Below are positions 17,504-26,731 of a DNA stretch of 64,000 nt, piece by piece; within the stretch, counting starts at the first letter, position 1; every line of letters starts with the position of its first letter. The notes under the pieces were generated by a model. It saw only the letters and a list, made by a program, of their open reading frames with translations. It ran no database searches and was not told the DNA's origin. Made by a program: the position numbers and the translations under genes. The DNA comes from a virus, in IMG/VR virus record IMGVR_UViG_3300009183_005911, positions 4,322-68,321 of that record. One strand, written 5' to 3'.

Positions 17504-19246
17504 ATGAAACATTTATTGACAACAATCTTACTATGTGTAGGATTTTTTGGATTCGGACAAAATTTACAGTTAACTAATGGAAGTCCTGCAACAGGCATAC
17601 CTACTTGGTTTATGTCTCCGAGTACTATTAACAAGAATATAAGGGGTAATAATATTCAAAAAGGAGATACTGTTGCTCTTTATTTTAACTTAGTAGAAAA
17701 CGGATCTCACATTAGAGGTTTCTTTTTTGATATGCAATATCAGTATAAGCAGATTACCTATATAAGTGCATCTCTAGATACAGCAGTAGGAGGATCAGCG
17801 CACGGTATAGTTCCAGTAGCAAACTACTTCTATACATACGACTATCCCGGGTATATCTGGAATGGACCTAATGGTACAGATGCATCTTGGAATTATAATC
17901 GTATGAGTTATAATTACAATAACGGTAATAATGCTATCTTACGTTTATATAGTAACTATGCAACCAATACGGATTTCGCAGACGGTAGATTTTTAAAAGT
18001 ATTATTTAAATATAATTCTAATATACCTGCAGGATTTGCATATGATAGTCTGTACTTTAACTGGGCCTATACCTACAATACAGCAGGGCAAATGATTAAT
18101 TCATATATGCCTTATCCTCAATCAGTATGGACTACCTTAGAGCCAGGAGCTAACGACTTAGTTAACGGAGAAGTAAGATTAAACTTCTCAGGCGGTTCAG
18201 ATATTAAAGCTTCAGCAGCACCTGTATTTAATATTATAGATTCAATAACTAATATAACTGTTGCTAAACTAAGTATCGGTAACAGCGGCGTTTATCATTT
18301 AACAACTGAAGTTAAACCTAATACGGTATACAAAGTTAATCTAGCAATAGATAGCATGGCTTATTACTTAAACAAAGCTGTAACTGTATCAGACTATACT
18401 AAAGCAGCTTATGAATTTGCACAGCAGAATATAGACGGCACTTTTAAATGGAGTACTAACATTACTACTGGAGCAGGAGCTTGGGCAGCTGATGTAAATA
18501 ATAACGGTAAGTTTGATGGTGGCGATCCTATTGTAATTCTAAACCAAGTAATGGGATTAGATAGTATTTCAAAATATAAGTCATATCCTTTAGTTCTAAG
18601 ACAAACTGCCTTAGACTCATTAACACCGGCAGATGTATTTACTTCTGGGTTTAGTTCTAAGTTTAACGACACTATCAGATATAAAACAACAGACACTACT
18701 TCCACTTTTAACTTAGGATTTGTAGTTCCAGGTGACATTAACCACTCACATTCATCAGCACCAATTGCTACTAACGGTACTATTAAGTCAAATAGCATTA
18801 AAGGATTTGCAGTTAACACAATTCAAACCTTACCCGAAATTGATGTAAGTTTAAATAACGTAGTTGTATCAGGAGACACATTATCGATTCCATTCGATGT
18901 TGATACGAAAGGCAATAAGATGGATGCACTACAATTTGAAATTGTATACGATCAGTCTAAGTTACAATTTACTAATCTAGCCGTTAATATAGGTGAATGG
19001 TTAAATTTTGCTACAATTGTAGACGGTAAGTTAAGGTTTGGCGGTATCGATAAAACATTAAAATTTCCGATTACCGGCAAAACAACACCATTCAGATTAA
19101 ATTTCAAAACACTACAGCCAGGAGTTAATATCAATACGGTTATTAGAGTATCTCCAGTAATGGATGCAGCAGATAACATTGGTAATCAATTAGGTATAAA
19201 TTTAAACACAAACATTTTAAAAATCATCGGATCAAATAACTTCTAA
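17504..19246 (+). CDS. large exported protein with cohesin-like and dockerin-like regions
   Basis: Signal peptide; ADVNNNGKFDGGD and GDINHS Ca-loop (dockerin-like); ALQFEIVYDQSKLQF and FFDMQY (cohesin-like beta-sandwich). Confidence 0.6.
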   Translation: MKHLLTTILLCVGFFGFGQNLQLTNGSPATGIPTWFMSPSTINKNIRGNNIQKGDTVALYFNLVENGSHIRGFFFDMQYQYKQITYISASLDTAVGGSAHGIVPVANYFYTYDYPGYIWNGPNGTDASWNYNRMSYNYNNGNNAILRLYSNYATNTDFADGRFLKVLFKYNSNIPAGFAYDSLYFNWAYTYNTAGQMINSYMPYPQSVWTTLEPGANDLVNGEVRLNFSGGSDIKASAAPVFNIIDSITNITVAKLSIGNSGVYHLTTEVKPNTVYKVNLAIDSMAYYLNKAVTVSDYTKAAYEFAQQNIDGTFKWSTNITTGAGAWAADVNNNGKFDGGDPIVILNQVMGLDSISKYKSYPLVLRQTALDSLTPADVFTSGFSSKFNDTIRYKTTDTTSTFNLGFVVPGDINHSHSSAPIATNGTIKSNSIKGFAVNTIQTLPEIDVSLNNVVVSGDTLSIPFDVDTKGNKMDALQFEIVYDQSKLQFTNLAVNIGEWLNFATIVDGKLRFGGIDKTLKFPITGKTTPFRLNFKTLQPGVNINTVIRVSPVMDAADNIGNQLGINLNTNILKIIGSNNF

Positions 19247-19247
19247 T

Positions 19248-19616
19248 ATGAAAAAATTAACATATATTTTAATAGCAAGTTCAGTAATATTTATTACTAG
19301 CTGTACAAAGATAGTATCTCCTCCAGTTCCCGGAATAGAAGTAACTAAAACTGATATAGGTACATTGAGTATCAGTAAGGTTGTGAACGACGGAAACTTT
19401 GAAGCTACAGTAACAGGTTTAACTATTGGAAGTAAGTATAGCTTACAGATAGTAGATATAAACCAAGACGTTTTTAAGAATGTAAAGGTAGAAACCATAA
19501 GCGATGCTTTTACAACTAGTTTTGCAGTTAAGTTAAAAGATGGAGCCTACGATATTATATTTGTTGATAGTAAAGCAAATACGATAGGTAGAACTCCATT
19601 AATTATTAAAAATTAG
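19248..19616 (+). CDS. putative lipoprotein with Ig-like domain
   Basis: Lipobox ITSC; beta-rich C-terminus. Confidence 0.6.
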   Translation: MKKLTYILIASSVIFITSCTKIVSPPVPGIEVTKTDIGTLSISKVVNDGNFEATVTGLTIGSKYSLQIVDINQDVFKNVKVETISDAFTTSFAVKLKDGAYDIIFVDSKANTIGRTPLIIKN

Positions 19617-19619
19617 TAT

Positions 19620-19964
19620 ATGGCAAAAGCAACAAAAACAACAAAAACAGCTGAAGATGCTGCAATGGCTAAGAATGAAAAGCATAACGACGGTACAATG
19701 ACTGGTTTAAAGAAAACTATTATTGGTACAGTTGGTACACTAATAACTGCAGGAGGTGCGTTTTTACTGACCTACTTACAGAAACCAAAAGAAAGTGATA
19801 AGCAAGTTCAACCGCAAAGTATTAATATCAACGTTCCAGCACAACAGCAATCAACAGGCGGAACTAAGACAGTGGTTATAAAAGAAAAAGCAGCTGAAAA
19901 AACAGCAACTCCAGTTAAGAAAAAAGAAGGAGACGAGTTTAAAGAGGAAGCTCCTAAATGGTAA
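19620..19964 (+). CDS. single-TM hypothetical protein
   Basis: TIIGTVGTLITAGGAFLLTYL hydrophobic segment. Confidence 0.6.
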   Translation: MAKATKTTKTAEDAAMAKNEKHNDGTMTGLKKTIIGTVGTLITAGGAFLLTYLQKPKESDKQVQPQSININVPAQQQSTGGTKTVVIKEKAAEKTATPVKKKEGDEFKEEAPKW

Positions 19965-19992
19965 TTTACAATCACAATTAAAATTCACAATC

Positions 19993-20235
19993 ATGACTTT
20001 TAAAGAATGGATTATTTCTCTTTTTAAAGATGAAAGAGGTGCTATTTCAGTTAAACCTGTAATTGCATTTATCGGTGCATTATTCCTTTGCGGAACAATG
20101 TTAGCAAATAGCTTTTCAGAAGACCATTTTAAACCGGCAGCTGAATTAGTAAACGCAGTAATGGTAATAACAGTAATTGGAATGGGTGCTGATACCTTAG
20201 ATAAGTTTACTTCCAAGAAAAAAGAAGAAGCGTAA
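19993..20235 (+). CDS. small two-TM protein (holin-like)
   Basis: Two hydrophobic helices and a charged C-terminal tail. Confidence 0.55.
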   Translation: MTFKEWIISLFKDERGAISVKPVIAFIGALFLCGTMLANSFSEDHFKPAAELVNAVMVITVIGMGADTLDKFTSKKKEEA

Positions 20236-20240
20236 CCAAG

Positions 20241-20265
20241 AGGGGACCTTCGGGTCCCTTTTTTT
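20241..20265 (+). terminator. intrinsic terminator
   Basis: GGGACC-TTCG-GGTCCC plus T-tract. Confidence 0.85.
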
Positions 20266-20443
20266 AAATAAAATATATGAATAAGTTTTTTAATGTTTTT
20301 GTAAGAGTTTGTTTAGCATGGGCTATAATTGCCTTAACGTTTCAAGTTACAATGTTAACTTTAAGTTATACAAACCCTAAGTTAGCAACGAAAGTCGGTA
20401 ATGAATTAAGTTGGAAATTAGATGGTCGATTTAAAAAATAAGT

Positions 20444-21172
20444 ATGAGAGTTTTTATAATTATTTTAGGATTTATACTAGCATGCTTAATAACGGATAAA
20501 GCATTTGGACAAACTATAGGTTCAACAAAAACAGAGCAATATAAAGCTTCTTTTGAAACAAAAATAGACATTAGTCAATTTTTAAATTATGAAGGACCAA
20601 CAATACCAATTCAAATTCTTAAATGTGGTATTGGTGATGATGTTTATGAGCAATATCCTGAACTCAAAGAAAAGAAAGTGGGTTTGGGTGTGGCTAACAT
20701 CTCGTTGGAATATCTTGAAAATCTTAACCGATTTACATTTACAGAAGATAAGACAGAGATTAAAAACAGAATGGTTAAGCAGTTTCAAGCTTCCCAAGCT
20801 GGAATAAGTCAAGATAAGTTAGACGGTAGAGGTAAGATAAGATTAGCACACTACTTTGTAGAGATAGAAGTTTACGACTGGTCTGTATCAGATGATGAAG
20901 AAATAAATTTAAAAGACGGAGTTAAGAATACTATGGTAACTCGTCTAGGTTTACAAGTTCGTTTTACAGATGCAGAGACAGGAGAAATTATAGCTGCATC
21001 AGGCTTAGGAGAAGCTAAGACAACTAGAGAGTTAACTCTACTATCAGACGCTACAGTAGATCCAGTTAAGTTTAATCAATCAACAGTTAGTATAGCTACT
21101 AAGAAAGCTTTAGATATTGCTTGTAGTAGAATACTTGCTCGTATGGTTAAGAAAAATATATTTAAAAATTAA
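20444..21172 (+). CDS. CsgG-like (curli assembly/transport family) exported protein
   Basis: Signal peptide; LENLNRFTFTE, LGLQVRFTDAETGEII typical of CsgG/HfaB-like folds. Confidence 0.65.
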   Translation: MRVFIIILGFILACLITDKAFGQTIGSTKTEQYKASFETKIDISQFLNYEGPTIPIQILKCGIGDDVYEQYPELKEKKVGLGVANISLEYLENLNRFTFTEDKTEIKNRMVKQFQASQAGISQDKLDGRGKIRLAHYFVEIEVYDWSVSDDEEINLKDGVKNTMVTRLGLQVRFTDAETGEIIAASGLGEAKTTRELTLLSDATVDPVKFNQSTVSIATKKALDIACSRILARMVKKNIFKN

Positions 21173-21279
21173 TTTATGGGAACAGCAGCACCAAAGAAAA
21201 GAGCAATGCGCAGTAGACGCTCTGGAGTTAAAAAATTAACTTTAGTAAAAAAGAATTTAGAAATATTAAATAAAGTAAA

Positions 21280-21621
21280 ATGATAAAGTTATCAGATTTA
21301 ATTTTAGAGACTACTAATCAAAGCGAAGCATTTGAAGAGTTTGCTGAGAAGAGATTTAAAGGAGCTAAAAAAATAGCAGATAATGCTAAAGAAAAAGGCG
21401 GACCTTCTATGTTAACCTACCATCACTTTGTAGTGAAGCTTCCTTACTATACTAAAGCTGAAAATGGTAAGATGGATATGGAAGCAGCACAAAAAGAATA
21501 TACACAGTTTGTAGAACAGTTAGCTTCTCAAAAGAAAAATATTAAAATGTCTATGATTGAGTTTCAAAAATTAGTTGGTAAAATTGAGGTATTGGGTGAA
21601 TTGATTTTAAAAAATAAGTAA
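21280..21621 (+). CDS. hypothetical protein, possibly virion-internal
   Basis: N-terminus MIKLSDLILE. Confidence 0.55.
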   Translation: MIKLSDLILETTNQSEAFEEFAEKRFKGAKKIADNAKEKGGPSMLTYHHFVVKLPYYTKAENGKMDMEAAQKEYTQFVEQLASQKKNIKMSMIEFQKLVGKIEVLGELILKNK

Positions 21622-21622
21622 T

Positions 21623-22441
21623 ATGAAAAAAACTCTATTCTTTTTATTAATATTTCCAGCAATAGCTTTCTCACAAGTGTCGAGTTGGAGAACTGCCTCA
21701 TCTCAGCAATCGCAAACATCACAACCAAGAGTTCAACAATCAACTTCACAACAACAAAATAATGTAAGTCAATGGAGAACCCAAACTGCACCTATTAGAC
21801 CTGGTGATAACTTTGAAGGACAGTCATTAGTAAGAAAATATAGACCTACAACATACAATCCTTATGGTTTACAGTACGGTGTATGGGGATGGTATCAACC
21901 CTATCCTTATATTTGGTATGACAATTACGGATGGAGACAGAGAAGTGTAGTTCGCATCTATGAAAACGGAAAAAGAGATACAGTTGCTTCAACACCAACA
22001 TTATTTTCAGCAGGTATAGGACATACAACTAATAAACAAACAGCTTATTGGGGATTAATTGGCAGTAATAAAGGATATTTCATTATGGATTATGTAATGA
22101 CTTATGCTATAGACCAAAACAGCTATTTCCCATATGGTCAAATTAACAATGTAGACTTTCCACTTAGCAAAAATGATTGGAAAAAAGAATCAACGTTCTA
22201 TGTAGGTGGGGGTAAAAGAATTGGTAAAATAGGAATACATGGTATGATAGGATTCGGTAATGAAGTTATTAGATGGCAAGGTAAAGATGCAATAGGCGGT
22301 ATATCATTTCCAAAATCAAATTCATCATTCACTACATTCAAAGTCGGGTTAATAAGAGACTTTAAATTTTTTACATTAAAATTAGATACCGACCCAATTA
22401 GAGGATATTCACAAATCGGAATTGGACTTAATAACAAATAA
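21623..22441 (+). CDS. exported protein with probable C-terminal beta-barrel
   Basis: Signal peptide, Q/S-rich linker, alternating amphipathic strands ending SQIGIGLNNK. Confidence 0.6.
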   Translation: MKKTLFFLLIFPAIAFSQVSSWRTASSQQSQTSQPRVQQSTSQQQNNVSQWRTQTAPIRPGDNFEGQSLVRKYRPTTYNPYGLQYGVWGWYQPYPYIWYDNYGWRQRSVVRIYENGKRDTVASTPTLFSAGIGHTTNKQTAYWGLIGSNKGYFIMDYVMTYAIDQNSYFPYGQINNVDFPLSKNDWKKESTFYVGGGKRIGKIGIHGMIGFGNEVIRWQGKDAIGGISFPKSNSSFTTFKVGLIRDFKFFTLKLDTDPIRGYSQIGIGLNNK

Positions 22442-23814
22442 TGAAAAGATGGATATTAAACTTTTCAATATTAGTTTTGTTTTTATTCGCTTCTAAAGCG
22501 AACGGTCAGACTATTACTACCACTTACACTGATCCCTGTACAAACGAAATCAAGACGCTAGTCATACCTGCAATAGGTCCTGGCGTTGTTGTTATGTATA
22601 GAGGTTCATACAAACTAGTAACTGCAGCTGATGTTAAAAGCGGTGCTTTTCAAGCATGGATAACATCAGTTACAGCTTCAATGCCATGTCCAACAACAGT
22701 AACCACAACTATAGCACAACAAGCCGCAACAGCAGCTTCAAACGCAGCCTCACAAGCCGCATCAGCAGCAGCCAGCGCAGCAGCTTCTTCCGCAGCATCG
22801 TCGGCAAGTTCAAGCGCTTCTTCCTCAGCTTCATCAGCAGCTTCATCAGCCGCAGCAAGCGCTTCCTCTTCCGCTGTGAGTGCACCACCGGCAGCGTCTT
22901 CTTCTCCTGCATCAACTTCATCGGGATCATCCTCACAATCCCAATCGTCATCATCTTCTGGGGAATCGTCTTCATCCAGTTCTTCATCGGCAAGCAGCGG
23001 AGGAGAGCAAAAGAGTTCAGAAGGAGGTTCAAGTAGTAGCTCTTCAGAGGGTAAATCTGAAAGCAGTTCTTCTGAATCTAAATCAGAAAGTAAATCAGAA
23101 TCTAAATCAGAAAAAAAATCTGAAGAGAAGAAGAAACAAGAAGAAGAAAAGAAAAAGAAACAGGAAGAACGAAAAGCAAATCCTCCTGTAGTAAAGGCAG
23201 ACTTATCTGTTATACAGATGGGTAGTGTCGTTATTCCTACTTTCAATGTTAATATGTCCAAGTCTCTAAACGAAGGAATGTTTAGCTACGGATTAAATAC
23301 TTCAGTTAGAGCAGATTTAAAGCAAGTAGTGATTGGAGGAAGTACTTCTGATATAATAATGAGAAAAGGTAAGTTATTGGGAGTAACTTCTACTAGTGTA
23401 ACTTATGTAACAGATTGGAATAATAAATTTATATTCTATGGATGGAGCTTTGTCAAACCTTTACAGAAAGGTGCAGTAGCAGGTCTAGCTCTAAGTGGAA
23501 ATACTCTATTACTAACTGGAAGCCAAACCTTAATATCCCCTTCTATCATAGCCTTCTATACCAGACCTTATCAGATTAGTAAGAAACAGGTGATATCCCC
23601 GGAGATTTACATTATCTCCTCACCCGTGATGTTTGGTCAACAAGATAAAAAAGCTACGTATGACCCCAATCTCTCCTTCTTTACGGGAGCTGGTACGGAT
23701 ATTAAATTTAGTAAGAAGTTTAAACTAAATATTAATTTTAAAGTTAATATAAGTACTAATTCAAACGTTCCGGTTATGTCTGTATTTGCCATTGGCTCAA
23801 AAATAAACATATAA
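22441..23814 (+). CDS. exported Ser/Ala-rich protein with probable C-terminal beta-barrel
   Basis: Signal peptide; long S/A low-complexity stalk; K/E tract; beta-strand C-terminus ending IGSKINI. Confidence 0.65.
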   Translation: MKRWILNFSILVLFLFASKANGQTITTTYTDPCTNEIKTLVIPAIGPGVVVMYRGSYKLVTAADVKSGAFQAWITSVTASMPCPTTVTTTIAQQAATAASNAASQAASAAASAAASSAASSASSSASSSASSAASSAAASASSSAVSAPPAASSSPASTSSGSSSQSQSSSSSGESSSSSSSSASSGGEQKSSEGGSSSSSSEGKSESSSSESKSESKSESKSEKKSEEKKKQEEEKKKKQEERKANPPVVKADLSVIQMGSVVIPTFNVNMSKSLNEGMFSYGLNTSVRADLKQVVIGGSTSDIIMRKGKLLGVTSTSVTYVTDWNNKFIFYGWSFVKPLQKGAVAGLALSGNTLLLTGSQTLISPSIIAFYTRPYQISKKQVISPEIYIISSPVMFGQQDKKATYDPNLSFFTGAGTDIKFSKKFKLNINFKVNISTNSNVPVMSVFAIGSKINI

Positions 23815-23818
23815 AAAG

Positions 23819-23849
23819 TTGGTAGATTAAGGTAAAGTTCCTATATTTA
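23819..23849 (+). promoter_or_regulatory. promoter TTG-N20-TATATTTA
   Basis: Exact spacing; 5 nt before the ATG at 23855. Confidence 0.6.
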
Positions 23850-23854
23850 TATAT

Positions 23855-24289
23855 ATGAAAGTAACTTATAAAAACCGCTATAGAGACGAAATTACTTTCG
23901 AGCATAAAGGGAATACCGTTGAGATGCTCGGGGGGCAATACTTTAGATACGGATGGCCTAATGTCTATGATAGAGCTTATGAAAAGTATGTAGAAAGTGC
24001 ATTAATAGATGCAGGGCTTGAAGGTAGTCAAATACTGACGCAAGAGGAGTTTGAGAAGGTACTGTTTGTTACTAAAGACGAAGATAAGTACGAAAGTAAT
24101 GCCCTTTATAGACTATTTGGAAGGTACATCTATTCAGATACAGATACTATCGATATGGTTGATCCATCAGGAGGCCCTTATATTTCTTTAGGAGACAATT
24201 TAAAAATGTTTTTTGAGAAAGACTACCGGGATTTAATTATAACGGAAATTAAACTAGATAAAGATAAAGTAACATTTACAATTAAATAA
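23855..24289 (+). CDS. hypothetical protein
   Basis: 144 aa with YKNRYRD and VDPSGGPYI motifs. Confidence 0.6.
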   Translation: MKVTYKNRYRDEITFEHKGNTVEMLGGQYFRYGWPNVYDRAYEKYVESALIDAGLEGSQILTQEEFEKVLFVTKDEDKYESNALYRLFGRYIYSDTDTIDMVDPSGGPYISLGDNLKMFFEKDYRDLIITEIKLDKDKVTFTIK

Positions 24290-24290
24290 T

Positions 24291-24578
24291 ATGAGTATAG
24301 ATTTTGCAAAGTATGCTGGAGTTACTATAAGGTTAACCAAGCTAAAAGATAATAAGTTTAATAATGATCATCCAAACGGTATTAACGAAGGATATGTTAA
24401 AGAAGGAGTAATTAATGTAGATAAGTCTAACGAACATCAATGCTTCCTAATAATACAAGGAGATAGATTTTGGAACACTTCTCATGTAGCAGATATAGAA
24501 GAGAAGGAAGGCTATGACATAGCAACTACTTTAAACTCTACCTATAAGGTAGAGGTATTAGTTGCAGATTTAAAATAA
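24291..24578 (+). CDS. hypothetical protein
   Basis: 95 aa with HPNGINEG and TTLNSTY motifs. Confidence 0.6.
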   Translation: MSIDFAKYAGVTIRLTKLKDNKFNNDHPNGINEGYVKEGVINVDKSNEHQCFLIIQGDRFWNTSHVADIEEKEGYDIATTLNSTYKVEVLVADLK

Positions 24579-24605
24579 AGTTCGTACATTTAAAAAAAGA
24601 TAAAA

Positions 24606-24857
24606 ATGGTATTATATTTTACAGCAACATGGTGCGGTCCATGTAAAATGTTTAAACCTACAGTTCAAGCAGTAAGTGCAGAAGTAGGCGTAGGTATTAA
24701 TTATGTTGACGTAGATCAACAACCGGATATGGCACAAAAATATAACATATCAAGCGTTCCTACTATTATTGTAGAGAATAACAGTAATGTATTATATAGA
24801 AACTCTGGGGTAATGTCAAAACCTCAGTTAACTCAAGTTTTGACACAATTCAGGTAA
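24606..24857 (+). CDS. trxA: thioredoxin
   Basis: YFTATWCGPCK, SSVPT. Confidence 0.92.
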   Translation: MVLYFTATWCGPCKMFKPTVQAVSAEVGVGINYVDVDQQPDMAQKYNISSVPTIIVENNSNVLYRNSGVMSKPQLTQVLTQFR

Positions 24858-24886
24858 TATTATTTAACCAAAAAAAGAAAAGAAGA

Positions 24887-25063
24887 ATGAAAAAAGTATT
24901 CGCAATTTTCGCTATCGCTGCATTAGCTGCATGTGGTAGTGCTTCTACAGAAGTTAAAGCTGATTCAGCTGCAACTACAGTAGATACAGCTACAGCTACT
25001 ACAGATTCAACTGTAGCTCCTATCGAAGCAAAGAAGGACGTAGCAGTAGAAGAAGTTAAGTAA
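24887..25063 (+). CDS. small Ala/Thr-rich lipoprotein (58 aa, not in ORF track)
   Basis: MKKVFAIFAIAALAAC lipobox, then GSASTEVKADSAATTVDTATATTDSTVAPIEAKKDVAVEEVK. Confidence 0.7.
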   Translation: MKKVFAIFAIAALAACGSASTEVKADSAATTVDTATATTDSTVAPIEAKKDVAVEEVK

Positions 25064-25154
25064 TTAACAAAGACGTCAGGGTGTCGGGCCTGCAAAGACT
25101 ACGTAGTTAGAAAGGTCTTTTATTATATATTTATAATACAGTTCTTTAGAATAT

Positions 25155-25563
25155 GGGGCATCCTTGGAATTGATCCGTAATTCGGAGGTAATACCACACG
25201 CGGACAAAGTAAGATAAGTCCTTAAAACCTTACGAAACAATAACTGTAGAATTATCTACTATGACCTTCGAAGACTTAATGTCTTTCGTAGGTGCTGATG
25301 AGTACGCTTACGCTGCTTAATCACATCCCGTATCACTCATGGGACTTTAAAAAGAAGTGACAACCCCGCTATAGTCTCAGTATTATAGCTCTGCTCCTTC
25401 TGGGAGTTTCTTGGTAGTCATAAAACCAAGTGGTGGTAGTCGTAAGAACCAAAAATCATATACGACCCTCTACTGATCAGGATAAAAACAGATCTAAGCG
25501 TGTGAGACGTTGGTATTATTGTTCATTACGGAGACATGGGTTCGACTCCCATATGCTCCACCA
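25155..25563 (+). ncRNA. ssrA: tmRNA
   Basis: 5' GGGGCAT pairs with 3' ATGCTCC-A-CCA, giving a G3.U pair; T-arm ATGGG-TTCGACT-CCCAT; tag reading frame 25246-25320 ends YAYAA*. Confidence 0.9.
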
Positions 25564-25575
25564 AAAATAAAGGTT

Positions 25576-25995
25576 ATGAAATGGATAGCTTCGTTTATCT
25601 TAGCAGTGCTATTTACCCTTCCATCGAAGAGTACAATATCATTCTTTAAAGCAAAGGAATCAGTACCTGTAATTACAGACACAGTAACGGTGACGACTTA
25701 TACCACTGATCCAGGCGAAACTGATGAAGAGCCTCTTATTACTGCAAGCGGTTTTAAACTTGATTCTTTAAATCCAAGAAGACACAAGATAATCGCTATA
25801 AGCAGGGACTTAAAAAAGCGGTATCCATTTGGTTCTAAAGTAAGAGTAACTGGTCTTGGAAAAAAGTACGACGGAGTATATAGAGTAGAAGATGTAATGC
25901 ACTCAAGGTGGAGAAAAAAAATAGATCTACTTCTAAATCCTAAAGACAAACACTTTAAAAAGAGAAGAGTCGTAATAACTCCTATCGAAAAGTAA
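25576..25995 (+). CDS. 3D-domain (lytic transglycosylase-like) exported protein
   Basis: Signal peptide; TVTTY, ITASG, IAISRDL, YRVEDVM, IDLL. Start moved to 25576 because the upstream part overlaps the tmRNA. Confidence 0.75.
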   Translation: MKWIASFILAVLFTLPSKSTISFFKAKESVPVITDTVTVTTYTTDPGETDEEPLITASGFKLDSLNPRRHKIIAISRDLKKRYPFGSKVRVTGLGKKYDGVYRVEDVMHSRWRKKIDLLLNPKDKHFKKRRVVITPIEK

Positions 25996-25998
25996 TAT

Positions 25999-26070
25999 CG
26001 CGAGATAGAGCAGAGGTAGCTCACTAGGCTCATAACCTAGGGGTCGGAGGTTCGAATCCTTCTCTCGCAA
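25999..26070 (+). tRNA. tRNA-Met(CAT), initiator-like
   Basis: Acceptor CGCGAGA/TCTCGCA with C1:A72 mismatch; anticodon arm CTAGG-CTCATAA-CCTAG; TTCGAAT loop. Confidence 0.9.
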
Positions 26071-26289
26071 CAAATAACACTACCTGCCGCTGGTATAACC
26101 AGAGCATGACTTGGATGGCGACTTTGAAAAATAGTAGGTAGTTGTTACAATATTAAAGGTTGATTGGGAAATCTTATACTTTTTAACTGTAGAAAGGGCT
26201 AGTATAGGGTGAGGGGGCGCAAGCCAAAGTAAAGCTAATCGTAAAAGTAGATGTCCACGCACCCATCTTCTACTTTCCTAATTTTACAT

Positions 26290-26415
26290 GCCAGAGTGGC
26301 GGAATAAACAATGTATTGCTGAACCTCGAGCCGTAATGCATTGAGACGTACCTAATCCGGAGTGGTGCAGTAACCGAAAAGGACTGCGTGAAGTTAAACA
26401 GTACTTCCTCTGGTA
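26290..26415 (+). ncRNA. degenerate, enlarged tRNA-like RNA with D-loop insertion
   Basis: Acceptor GCCAGAG/CTCTGGT; tRNA-Leu-like TGGCGGAAT...AGACG split by a CAATGTATT/AATGCATTG hairpin; long variable arm; aberrant T-loop. Confidence 0.5.
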
Positions 26416-26558
26416 CCTTAAAGACGTTGGCTGTCAAAACGTCTCTAAAATAAGCAGGACCATTAGCATTGACGTCTTAAGCTGGTGGTTGGTGGTTAGA
26501 AAAGGAACGTAATGCCAAGGGTCTGCAGCCCTCGTCTAAGTATTACCTCCACCGTAAC

Positions 26559-26643
26559 GGAAAGATGGCAGAGTGGTTGAATGCACCAGTCTTGAAAACT
26601 GGCAACTGTAATAGGTTCTGGGGTTCGAATCCCTGTCTTTCCG
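26559..26643 (+). tRNA. tRNA-Ser(TGA)
   Basis: GGAAAGA/TCTTTCC acceptor, CCAGT-CTTGAAA-ACTGG anticodon arm, long variable arm, G73. Confidence 0.92.
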
Positions 26644-26646
26644 CAT

Positions 26647-26717
26647 TGCCCTTTAGTATAACGGTAGTACGACTGTTTTTGGTGCAGTTTGTTGAGGTTC
26701 AAATCCTTGAGGGGCAA
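26647..26717 (+). tRNA. tRNA-Gln(TTG)
   Basis: TGCCCTT/AGGGGCA acceptor, ACTGT-TTTTGGT-GCAGT anticodon arm, GGTTCAAATCC. Confidence 0.88.
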
Positions 26718-26731
26718 CTAAAATTAAACAT

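Noticed and set aside
22650-23261. Overlapping alternative-frame and antisense ORFs in the Ser/Ala-rich gene
   Set aside because: By-products of low-complexity TCN/GCN codons, which lack stops in other frames.
24850-25095. Minus-strand 81-aa ORF
   Set aside because: Antisense shadow of the + strand lipoprotein at 24887-25063.
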